Positions 24,926 through 35,695 of a stretch of 64,000 nucleotides of DNA are shown piece by piece. Origin of the DNA: Camelus ferus (lineage: Eukaryota); NCBI RefSeq assembly GCF_009834535.1, contig NC_045732.1:79980001-80044000 (forward strand), read 5' to 3'. Position 1 is the stretch's first letter; each line of letters opens with the position of its first letter. The translations under genes were made by a program, and so were the position numbers. The notes below the pieces were generated by a model that saw nothing but the letters and a program-made list of their open reading frames with translations, did not search any database and was not told the DNA's origin.

Positions 24926-25933
24926 TCAGGGCCACTCTTCCTCATCACTCAACACCTCTTCAGACAGGGACAGGAAGGAACTGAGATTCCTTGTATTGAC
25001 CCTGAGCAAATGCTCCAGGACTTGCAGCTTGCTGGTCTCCGCGTGGGCCCGGGGCCCCCACAGGAGCTCGTAGCGAGGGGGATCGCTGTTGGGCACCTGC
25101 AGGTACTCCACGTACTCCTCCCGCACCCACACGTTGGTGATGAGCTCCCTGGGCTCCCCGTAGATGCAGTGCTCCCTCCCGGGATACACCCCCATGACAC
25201 TCAGTGCTTCCCACATCTTCTCCTCAGTGGCGCACTCTCCCTCCAGGAGGATCACACCCAGGAGCATCACCAGGAGGCCGTTCTTGGGCATGCTCTGCCC
25301 ATCGCCCAGCATCCCGTCACAGGTGAGGCCCAGGGTGGGGACCAGGACATACGAGTGCTCCCTGGGGTCCACCTCCTTCACATCCACCCCAAAGACCAGC
25401 TGCAGACACTCAGAGGCTTGGCTCAAGATCACAGGGAAGTGGTCCTGGTCATCTCTGAGGACCGCATTCAGCATGTCTTCCTTTGTGGTCGGCTCCTTTG
25501 AGCGGTACTTCAGGAGCAGGAAGCTCACCAGTTCAGCCACCTTCAAATGGAGTGGGTCTGGGTGTGAGGACTCGGCATCTGCGGGGTCCTGGCCGGTGCT
25601 GGGCCTCTCCTCATCTTGGCTGCTGGAGGTGCTGTCTTCCGACTGGCTCCATGGAGGGGCGGCGTCGTCAGCAGCGGGGAAGAAGCAGACACCCCGAGGG
25701 CTCTGCGGGGCACTGGGTGTCCCAGAATCATCCACCTCCTCCAGGGTGTCCAGGAACAGGACGGAGGAGGAGGGGGAGGGGGAGGAGGAGGAAGAGGATG
25801 AGGGAGACATGGGGGATGCATCCGCCACCTCCTCAGCCCCAATCTCCTGCGCAACCACCACATCCTCAGCCTCTCTTGGGTCCTGAAAGTCGGCTTCAGT
25901 CTGGTGGAGGTCACTCATCTGAACCCCAGGCAT
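24926..25933 (-). CDS. MAGEA: MAGE-A family protein, long form L1 (335 aa)
   Basis: gtcATGCCTGGGGTTCAGATG start; MAGE-N region (PQSPRG...WSQSED...EERPST) plus intact MAGE homology domain; AATAAA on - strand at 24486-24491. Confidence 0.93.
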   Translation of the reverse strand: MPGVQMSDLHQTEADFQDPREAEDVVVAQEIGAEEVADASPMSPSSSSSSSPSPSSSVLFLDTLEEVDDSGTPSAPQSPRGVCFFPAADDAAPPWSQSEDSTSSSQDEERPSTGQDPADAESSHPDPLHLKVAELVSFLLLKYRSKEPTTKEDMLNAVLRDDQDHFPVILSQASECLQLVFGVDVKEVDPREHSYVLVPTLGLTCDGMLGDGQSMPKNGLLVMLLGVILLEGECATEEKMWEALSVMGVYPGREHCIYGEPRELITNVWVREEYVEYLQVPNSDPPRYELLWGPRAHAETSKLQVLEHLLRVNTRNLSSFLSLSEEVLSDEEEWP

Positions 25934-26499
25934 GACGACTGGTGTCCGCGCCGACAGGAGTGGAGGCAGGGATGACAGATGGGGACCCACGGGCCTGGGG
26001 AAGAAAGGGAATGCCAGTGGCTCGGGCTGAGAAACCCACCCTGAGGGGCTCTGACAAAGGCGACTTACAGGTCTCCTCTTCAGGGGTGCCCTCGGCCTCA
26101 CAGGGGCTCTCCTCCTGGTGGACGGTTGCCTGTGAACCTGACGGGGGAAGTGAGGCAACTCCTCAGGGTGCAGCCGGCACAGCCTGAGGTTCTGGGGGCG
26201 ACAGGGGGTGTGTGGAGTGGATGTTGGCCTTGTAGGGTCCCCTCTGTTCCGGGAGCCCCCGGGTACACACTCAGGGCCCACACCTCACCCGGCACTGCCG
26301 GCCTCCTGTGCTCTGTGACCCGAGGACACGTGTCTCAGACCTAGGCCTTCACCTCCCGGTGTCTGGAGCCCCTGGAAGAGAAAGGAGGGGAGACCTCGGG
26401 TCTACACTGTGGTACAGCCCTGGACCCGCGTGCTGGCAGGAGGCCTGGGCTCTGGCAGGTTCCCACTCTTCTAGGGTGGGAGGTTCTGTCCGCGCTAGC

Positions 26500-29400
26500 T
26501 CAGGGTCCTCACCTTGACTCCAAGCGCGACCTGGGATTCTGCTCTCCAAGGACCTGAGGGCCCCTCCTTATAGCAAGTCCCCGGCCTCTCTCAGCCCTGG
26601 ATGCGTAAGTCAGGACACACCACGTGTGCTCATCCTGCCTGGGGGCCTCCCAGGACTGACAGCAGGGGCAGGATCAGTTTTGCATCCCCTCTGTTCTGGG
26701 GTCTCGGGTCCCCTCACTCCTCCCTCGGGGTCCTCACCTTGACTCCTGGCAGGACCTGGGATTCCCCTCTCAGCCCACCTGAGGCCTCGCCCGTCATACC
26801 AGGACGCCAGTCCCTCTGTGACCCGCATTTCAGGAACTGCTGCCTGAGGTCATCCCGCCCTATGGCCTCCCAGGACTGACTCTGTTCTGGGGTCCAGGGT
26901 CCCTCAGTGCTCCCTCGCGGTCGTCTCCTTCACTCCCACTGGCACCTCAGATTCTCTTTTCCACAGACCTAGGACCTCCCCCACCCCTCCTCACACTATG
27001 TCCCGAGTCTCTCTGACCGAGTTGCGGAAGTCAGGACACTCCGATTGGGCTCATCCCGCCCTGGGCCCTCAAGACGGCTGACAGCAGGGGCACATTTATG
27101 TGGAATGGCCTCTTTTCTGGGGTCTTGGGTCCCCTCCCTCTTCCCTCAGGGACCTCAATTTGAGTCAGGCGGCATGTAGTCTCCCCTCTGCCCACTGCAG
27201 GCCCCGCCCCTCATACCAGGACCCTACTCTCTAAGAGACTGGGATGTCAGGAAATGTCACCTGTGGTCATCCTGCCCTATGACCTCCCAGGACTGACTCT
27301 TTTCTGGGATCCAGGGTCCCCTGAGTCCTCCCTCCGCGACCTCACCTTGACTCTCGGCAGGAACTGGGATTCCCCCCTCAGCTCACCTGAGGCCCCGCCC
27401 CTGAAATCTGGTCCAGTTTCTCTGAAGCCTGGATGTCAAGAAATGCTGCCAAAGGTGATCCCGACCTATGACGTCCCAGGACCGACTCTGTTCTAGGGTC
27501 CAAGGTTACCGCAGTCCTCCCTCACAGTCCTCGCGTTCTGTCCTGACAGGTCCTCAGCTTCGCATTTCCGACCTGAGGCTTCGCTCCTCATACCAGCGCC
27601 CCAGTCCCCAGTCCCCAGTCCCTCTGAGGCCCAGTTGTGGAAGTCAGGGCACGCTGCCATGTGCTCGTCCGCCCGGGGCCTCCAAGGGCTGACTGCTGGG
27701 GTAGATATCTTGGGGTCCCCTCTCTTCTGGAGTCCTGGGCCTCAGTCCTCCCTCAGGGTCCTCACTGTGACTCCCGCCAGGAACCGGGATTCCCCGCTCA
27801 GCCCACTTGAGGCCCCGCCCCTCATACCAGGTCCCCAGTCTCTCTGAGTACGGGATGTTCAGGGAAATGCGACTGTGGTCATTCCACCCTACTGCCTCCC
27901 AGGACAGACTCCGTTGTGGGGTCTAGGGTCACCTCAGTCCTCCCTCGGGGTCCTCACCTTGACTGCCGGCGGCCCTGGGATTTTCCCCTCGGCCGACCTG
28001 AGGCCCCGCCCCTCCAACAAGGACCCCAGTCCCTCTGAGTCTCGGACCCGGATGTCAGGAAATGCCGCCTGTGGGCATCCCGCCATATGGCCTCCCAGGA
28101 CTGACTCTGTTCTGGGGTCCAGGGTCCCTCAGTGCTCCCTCGCTGTCGTCACCTTCACACCCAGCGGGACCTGAGATTCTCTCCTCCGCAGACCTGAGCG
28201 CCCCTCTTCCCTTACACCCGGTCCCCAGTCTCTCTGAGACCGGGTAGCGGAAGTCAGGACCCTCTAAGCAGGCTCATTCTGCCCTGGGGTCTCTGGACGG
28301 CTGAAAGTAGGGGCGCATTTATGTGGGATGGCCTCTTTTCTGGGGCCCTGAGTCCCCTCTGTTTTCCCTCAGGGTCCTCACCTTGACTCAGGCGGCATGT
28401 GGTCTCCCCTCTGCCCACCTGAGGCCCCGCGCCTCATCCCAGGACCCCCGTCTCTCCGAGACAAGACCGTGATGTCAGGAAATGCGGCCTGGGGTGATCC
28501 CGCCCTATGACCTTCCAGGACCGATTCTCTTCTGGGGTCCAGGGTCCCCTCAGTCCTCCCTCCGGGTCCCCACTTTGATGCCTGGCAGGAACTGGGATTC
28601 TCACCTCGGCCCACCTGAGGCCCCGCCCCTCAAACCAGGACCCCAGTCTCTCTGAGACCCTGATGTCAGGAAATGCGGCCTGGGGTGATCCCGCCCTATG
28701 ACCTTCCAGGACCGACTCTGTTCTGAGGTCCAGGGTCCCGCAGTCCTCCCTCACAGTCCTTGCTTACTGTCCTGACAGGCCCTCAGCTCCGCATTCCCGA
28801 CCTGAGGCTTCGCCCCCCATACCAGCGCCCCAGTCCCTCCGAGGCCCGGATGCGGAAGTCCCGGCACGCTGCCATGTGCTCGTCCAGCCGGGGCCTGCCG
28901 AGGTAGAAATCGTGGGGTCCCCTCTCTTCCGGTGTCCAGGGTCTCGGCAGTCCTCCCTGAGGTTCCTCATTGTGCCTCCCGCCAGGAACTGGGTTTCTGC
29001 CCTCAGCGCACCCGAGGCCCCGCCCCTCATACCAGGTCCCCGCTCGCTCTGAGACGCGGACCCGGATGTGAGGAAACGCTGCCCGAGGTGATCCCGCTCT
29101 ACGACCTCCCGGGACCGACTCTGTTCTGGGGTCCAGGGTCACCGCAGTCGTCCCTTTGGGTCCTCACTTTGACTCCGGTGGCTTGTAGTCTCTCCTCTGC
29201 CCACCTGAGGCCCCGCCCCTCATACCAGGTCCCCAGTGCCTCTGAGAGCCCGGACGTCAGGAAATGTGCCTGTGGTCATTCCACCCTATGGCCTCCCAGG
29301 ACAGACTCTGTTCTGGGGTCCAGGGTCACCGCAGTCCTCCCTCAGAGTGCTCACCTTGACTCCTGGCAGGACTTGCGAGTCTCCGCTCTGCCCCCTTGAG

Positions 29401-29520
29401 GTCCCCCTCTCTAAATTAAGTCCCCCCTCCCTCTGAGACCCGGATGCGGAAGTCAGGGCTCGCTGCCATGTGCCTCCTAGGGCTTTCAGCAGGGCAGGTT
29501 TCTCTGGGTCACCCCACCCC
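26500..29520 (-). promoter_or_regulatory. MAGE promoter/first-exon module array upstream of L1 (15 cores)
   Basis: Recurrent GGATGTCAGGAAATG and GCGGAAGTCAGG cores, GCCCCGCCCC boxes and CCTCACCTTGACTC (reverse donor). Confidence 0.75.
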
Positions 29521-30590
29521 ACGCCCTCATTTCTCCATCCGCATGCTCACCTTGGGTCCTATCAGGCCCTGGGCCCTACCTCTGCCCACTTGAATTGCCT
29601 TCCCTGAGAACCAGGCCCTCCTCCTCCTAGTCCCCCGAGAAGCCTGGCCAGGATCCCCTAGGGCGGAGACGGATCCTGTGGGGCCTTCGTCCTCCCTCAG
29701 GCCCCTACCTTGACTCCCTGTAGGGCTGGGCTTCCTCTGTGCCAGTCTGGAGCCTCCTCCCAGACCCAGGCCCGTACCTTTCTCAGACCTCCCAGGCAGA
29801 AGTCAGGGCACATCACATCCAGACGCCATGCCTCGGGGTCTCCCAGGGCTGAAATCAGGTCCAGGCTGGATTCCTCGGACCCCCTGGGGAAGATGCCCCT
29901 CCCCATTACTCGCTCCTGAAGTTCCTAACTTGGCTCCTGGGTCCTTGATGAAATGCTGGTTGGGCCGGCTCCCTCCCTGTCAGCTCTGAGCTTGTGTCTC
30001 AGATGCACCCCTTGCAGAAAATGACTCTGAGTCCTAGACTCCATGCTGGGTGGGGAGCTGCAGCGCCCCTGACCGCCGCGGAGGGTCAGAGAAGAAGCAC
30101 CAGCCAGCCAGACTTCGGAAACGTTTCCCTCTAAAAGGCAGCGGCTGAGCAGCCGGACTTGGGGACGTCCTGCTCTTTCGAGGTTATCTAACATTTCATA
30201 GTTCAGAGCACTGATTTTCATTCTCTGAAGCCTCATTCAGAGTCAGAAATACATTTTACATCTCACCAAGTTTCCGGAAAGCATAGCCACTCTTAGGCTG
30301 CCTGATTCACTCCGATGCTCCATACTCTTGTTTCTTGTCCAGACTTCCTCTGCTATTTAAATGGTCAATTTTGAAAAGGACAGGCCTCATCCACTAAGGT
30401 GATTTCAGGTGGTTATTAGCACAAATTCCGCTGCCCTTAATCATCCCATCCTTCACACTGCCCTGATATTTCCCCATGGCTTCTGGCCTCTGTGGCCAGA
30501 GATGCTGAGCTCTCTCCCAATTTTCACAGTGAAACAAGGGTAGAAGTTTAAACTTTTCCTCTTACCCATCCTGCCATCTGCTTTTATCCA

Positions 30591-30599
30591 ACACACACA

Positions 30600-30636
<37 letters not shown>

Positions 30637-30656
30637 ACACACACACACACACACAC
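30591..30656 (+). repeat. (CA)n microsatellite
   Basis: Seen directly. Confidence 0.95.
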
Positions 30657-31547
30657 TTAATTTCATTCTCCCGTGTAATTTTTTCCGGGGTTGATTTTGG
30701 AAACGGAAGACAAAATCTCAAGATTGACTGTCATCTTGGCAGATAAACTTATAGCACTAAATCTGTGGGGGGAAAAAGACAGAAAGAAGAAAAGAAAGAG
30801 AGAAAGAGAAAGAAAAGAAAAAGGGGAATTGATACGGTCACAACAGTTTATTCCCCATCAGTGGATATGGCATACTGCTCTTTTGGGGAGCTCTTCAGCC
30901 TGAATCTACCAGGAAACTTGTATAACGCCTCCGTCAAGACCTTGTATACATATTTGTTAGGCTTCTTTTTAGGTAACATTTAACTTTTATTGCAGTTATA
31001 AATTGAGGTATTTTTCTGTTACATGTTCTAAATAGTCATTGCTTTTGTATGGCAAGGCTCTTGGTTTTGCTGTGGTGATCTTCCATCCACTATTCCTCTG
31101 AAACCTCATATTCATTTGACTCTTCCATGGGCCCATTCCTTTGAATCTGCTTAGATACGTCATCATGTTGTGACGAGGAACATTCATTCTTTCTTTTCAA
31201 TATATGTATTTCTTATTTATTTTGATATCCATAGCTCTGGCTTTCCGTTTCAGGGCAGCTTCAGAAATCGGAGGTGATCACATCTTTTTAGGACCTGTTC
31301 ATGACAAGAATGCTTCTAACATTTCACATTTCTGTATGCTTGCTGCCAACTGTAGGAAAGGAAATTTACCTTCCAATCTTACCTTGCTAAAGTTCCTACC
31401 ATGAACTTGTGCTGAATATCTTTCAAAGGCTTTTCTGTCTCCGTTGACCTGATCAAAACTTTTTTTCTCTGCGGATTTGTTAACACAGGGATTTACACAT
31501 GGAAGTATTTTTATAATGTTCAGTGTTCACGTCTTGAACACAGCCTG

Positions 31548-31898
31548 TGCTCTGGTCTGTCTTATGTCCCTCTGAATTCATATGCTAAAATTCTAACGCC
31601 TGATGTGATCGTACTAGGATGTGTGACCTTTGAGCTTTGAGAAGTATTAATTTCACAAAGGAAGAACCCTCCTGAAAGGGATTAGTGCCTTATCAAAGGG
31701 ACTCAGAGAGGTCCCTCACCCTTTCTGTCACGGGAGATACCAGGAAAAGTCTATTACCCTGAAGAGGGACCTCACCCAACCATGCTGGCACCCTGAACTT
31801 GGACTTCCAGCCCGAGGACGGTGAGAAAGAAATTCCTATCTTTTATAAGGTCTGCAGTCTATGATAATTTGTCACAGCAGCCCAAACAGACTAAGACA
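31548..31898 (+). mobile_element. MLT1A-type MaLR solo LTR
   Basis: TG start; gggattagtgccttat; ccatgctggcaccctga..ttggacttccagcc; ends gcagcccaaacagactaagaca. Confidence 0.88.
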
Positions 31899-32029
31899 GA
31901 CTGTCTGTTTATTTCACTGCTATGTTGACTATGTTTTTCATTTGATTTGGGTCTTTTTCTGTGTGAGTGACTTTGGCCTGGATGTTTATACAGCTTTCAC
32001 GCCTTGATTCAAATACCAAAACAAACACA

Positions 32030-33260
32030 CAAACAACGAATCCTACAGCTAACCTCATACTTAATAGTAAAAGCCTGAATGACTTCCTTCTAAGACTTAC
32101 AAAAGCCCAGGGTGTACATTCTTAAGCAAATTCTTTCGAGGCGTAGAAGACATGGAAGTCTAGACCAATGTAATGAAGCAGGTATAAGAAAAAAAAAGAT
32201 AAACAGATAGGAGAAGGAAAAACAAAACAGTCCCTATTAGAAAATGACATCAACATCTGCCTAGAAAATTCCTAAGTGCGTTTAGCAAGGTCACTGGACA
32301 TGAGAACAATACAGAAATGTTAATTATATATTTTTGTACACTATCATTGTTCTTAAAATTGAAAATTGGAAAAAAAGATCAATGTCACTTATAACTAAGA
32401 ACTGAGAAACGTGGAACGAAATCCTTAGTATAAGTCCAACAAAATATGTGTGAGATATGTATGCTGAACACCACAAAACACTGATGAAAGTCATCAAGAA
32501 AGAGATAAATAGAGAGATGTGTGGTTTTCATGAATCATGAGTCAATATTGTCACGATGTTAATTATCCTCACGTTGTTCTATAGAATCATCACGATCACA
32601 AGGAAAATCCCAGCAGGAAGAAAACAGTTTGGTAGTTCTTCAAAAGCTAAACGTAGAAATGAACATATGACCCCTTAATTCCATTCTTAGGTATCTACCA
32701 AAAAGGCTTGAAACTAGATACTCAAACAAGTACGTGTACACGCATGCTCATTGCAACTCTTCACAAGAGCCAAGAAGTGGAAACAGCCCAAAAGTCCATC
32801 AGTGGAGGAATGAATAAACAAATTGTGTCATGTATCTATATCTATAGCTATAGCTATATATCTATCTATATGTATGTATGTATGTATGTATATGTATGTG
32901 TATATAGATACATATGTACCGTGGAATCATATCCAGCCATAAAAAGGAATGAAGTCTGGTATATGCTATGATATGGTCATATCCTCAAAAACATGATACC
33001 AAGTGAAATAAAGCAGACACAAAAGGTCATATATTGTATGATTCCATGTGTACGAAATATTGAAACTAGAGAAATCCATGGAGACAGAAGTTAGATTACT
33101 AGTTGCCAGGGGCTTGGGACAGGGAGAAGCTGCTTAATGGGCAAGAATTTTCCATTTGGGGTGATGGGAATGTTTTGGAAATGGGTAGATGTCTTGGTTG
33201 CACAACTAAATGCCACTGAAGTGTTCACTTTAAATGGGTTAATTTTGTATGAATTTTACC
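32030..33260 (+). mobile_element. Old L1M (L1MB-like) ORF2-to-3' fragments
   Basis: acagctaacctcatacttaatagtaaaagc, ccagccataaaaaggaatgaag, atgccactgaa.tgttcacttt. Confidence 0.7.
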
Positions 33261-33441
33261 ACAGTATATTTTTTAAATTCCAGCAGGATTTTTTCCTAAA
33301 TATAAATGTCTGATTCCCAAATGTATTATGAGTAACGTCTTTATGTAAAGTCAAAGAACTAGAACAGTCTAAACAACTATGAAAAGAGAGTATCAGTATC
33401 AAAGGTCCCACACAATTTAATGTCAAGACTTTACTACATAA

Positions 33442-33650
33442 CAGGGGGTGCAATCTTTTCATGTGGTTTTGGTAGATTTTGTGTGTCATATAGCTTCTGT
33501 TGCAACTATTCAACTCTGCTGTTGTAGTGCAGAAACAGGCATAGGTAACGTGTAAATGAAGAGGCATTGCTGTGTTCCAATATGAACTTTGCTTACAGAA
33601 ATAGGTGGCAGAAGGAGTTTGGACTATTAGCCATACTTGGCCAGTCCCTA
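33442..33650 (-). mobile_element. MER58A-like hAT/Charlie MITE
   Basis: The reverse strand reads ...ttggaacacagc...ctacaacagcagagttgaatagttgcaacaga..., with CAGGG/CCCT-like termini. Confidence 0.75.
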
Positions 33651-33760
33651 GTGTTATTAGCAAAGGGCCAGTCAAATGGGCCAAATGAACATAACAGAAA
33701 GTCCAGAATAGACCTAACAAAAGTTGCAAAGCAATCCAATTATGCTAGAATAATTGGACA

Positions 33761-33804
33761 TGTATGTGTGTCTGTGTGTGTGTGTGTCTGAGATGTGTGT
33801 GTAC

Positions 33805-33842
<38 letters not shown>
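33761..33842 (+). repeat. (TG)n microsatellite
   Basis: Seen directly. Confidence 0.93.
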
Positions 33843-33846
<4 letters not shown>

Positions 33847-34329
33847 CACTGAGAAACAAAAACCAGAGATCTCAACCCACACCTCAAAAATGAAGATAGG
33901 CTTAACTGTATGGATGAAAACTAGAATGCTTATAGAAGAAACCATAAGAGAAAATCTTTGTGATTTTGGTTCTCTAAGATTTTTGTAAAATTTATAGAGT
34001 CAAATCGGAATGATGAAAATGTTCTGGAATTAGATAGCAGTGATGGATACAAAAATGTGTGCAGTTCCTAAAAGCCGCTCTGAACTGTACACTTTAGAAG
34101 GGTGATGGTAAGGTATGTCAATTATTTCTCAGTAAGACAAAAGTGCCCCAGACTCTAACGATTTCTGACAATCTATGTCTTGCCCAGTATACACCAGAGA
34201 TGTCTATCAGAGAATAGAAAAAAGTCACTCAAAGGTTCGAAATCTTTCACTCTCCACACTGCAAGTTACAGCAGATGGCAACTTCATTAACCCATCTACC
34301 TTAGAAGTGCATTGTTATGAACATGCTTG

Positions 34330-35320
34330 CAAAAGCTGCGTCTGCTCTTACAGTCCCATAGATTTTGGATGGTTGTGTTTTCATTTTCATTTACCTCCAG
34401 GTATTTTTGATTTCCTCTCTGATTTCTTCAGTGACCCACTGGCTGTTCAATAGCATATTGTTTAGCGTCCACCAGTCTGTGGGTTTTGCAGGGGTTTATT
34501 TGTATATGACTTCTAGTCTCAAAGAACTGTGATGGGAAAAGTTGCTTGATGTGATTTCAATCTTCTTAAGTTTGCTGAGACTTTTTTTGTGATCTAGCTT
34601 GTAATGTATCCTGGGAATGTTCCATGCACACTTTGAAAGAATATCTATTCTGCTGCTTTGGGATGAAGTGTGTGTGTGTGTGTGTGTGTGTGTGTCTGTG
34701 TGTCTGTGTCTCTGTGTGTGTGTGTGTGTGTGTGTGTAAATACACATACAGTTATTTATAACATAGATATATAAAGTCCATCAGGTCTGAAGTGTCATTA
34801 AGGCCAGTGTTTCCACATGGATTTTTTTGTCTGGATGATCGATTCATTCATAGAAGTGGGGTGTTCCAGTCTCCTACCATTATTGTGTTACTGCCGATTT
34901 TTCTCTTCATGTCTGTTAATAATTGCTTTCTGTATTTAGGTGCTCCTGTGTTGGGTGCACATATACTTATAATGTTATATCTTCTTTTTGGATGGATCCC
35001 TTCATCACTTTGTAATTCTTTGTGTCTTGTTACAGTCTTTGTTTTAAATTCTGTTTTGTCTGATACAAGTATTGCTACCCTGGCTTAGTTTTTATTTCCA
35101 TTTGCATGGAATAACATTTTCAATCCCCTCACTTTTAATCTATGTATGTCTTTAGATCTCAGTTGAGCCTCTTGTAGGCAGCATATATACATGAGCCTTC
35201 TTTTGTAGCCATTCAGCCAGTCTATGTCTATGATTGGAGTATTTAGTTCTTGCACAATTAAAGAGGTTATCAATCAGTAGATTCTTATTGTCCTTTTGTT
35301 AATTGTTTGGGAATTTTTCC
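34330..35320 (-). mobile_element. Older L1 fragment (endonuclease region)
   Basis: Minus-strand EN peptides (WLNGYK...CCLQEAQLRSKDIHRLKVRG...FHANGN; LDHKKSLSKLKKIEI). Confidence 0.75.
34668..34737 (+). repeat. (TG)n microsatellite
   Basis: Seen directly. Confidence 0.93.
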
Positions 35321-35323
35321 ATA

Positions 35324-35695
35324 TTTTTTATTGAGTTCTAGTCATTTTACAATATTGTGTCAAATTCCAGTGTAGAGCACAATTTTTCAGTTATACATGA
35401 ACACACATATATTCATTGTCACATTTTTTTTTCGCTGTGAGCTGCCACAAGATCTTGCATATATTTCCCTGCGCTATACAGTATAATCTTGTTTATCTAT
35501 GCTATATATGCCTGTCAAGATCTACAAATTTTGAAATCCCAGTCTGTCCCTTCCCACCCCCCGCCCCCTTGGCAACCACAAGTATGTATTCTATGTCTAT
35601 GAGTCTGTTTCTGTTTTGAATTTATGTTCTTTTTTTAGATTCCATATACGAGCAACCTCATATGGTATTTTTCTTTCTCTTTCTGGCTTACTCCA
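35324..35695 (-). mobile_element. Young L1 3' end (same family as 14662-15050), truncated at the arm-B boundary
   Basis: ttttttattgagttctagtcattttacaat...ggtatttttctttctctttctggcttact matches 14665-15040. Confidence 0.9.

Noticed and set aside
26500-29520. CRISPR-like repeat-spacer appearance of the arrays
   Set aside because: The sequence is mammalian and the spacers are homologous to each other; these are diverged tandem duplications.
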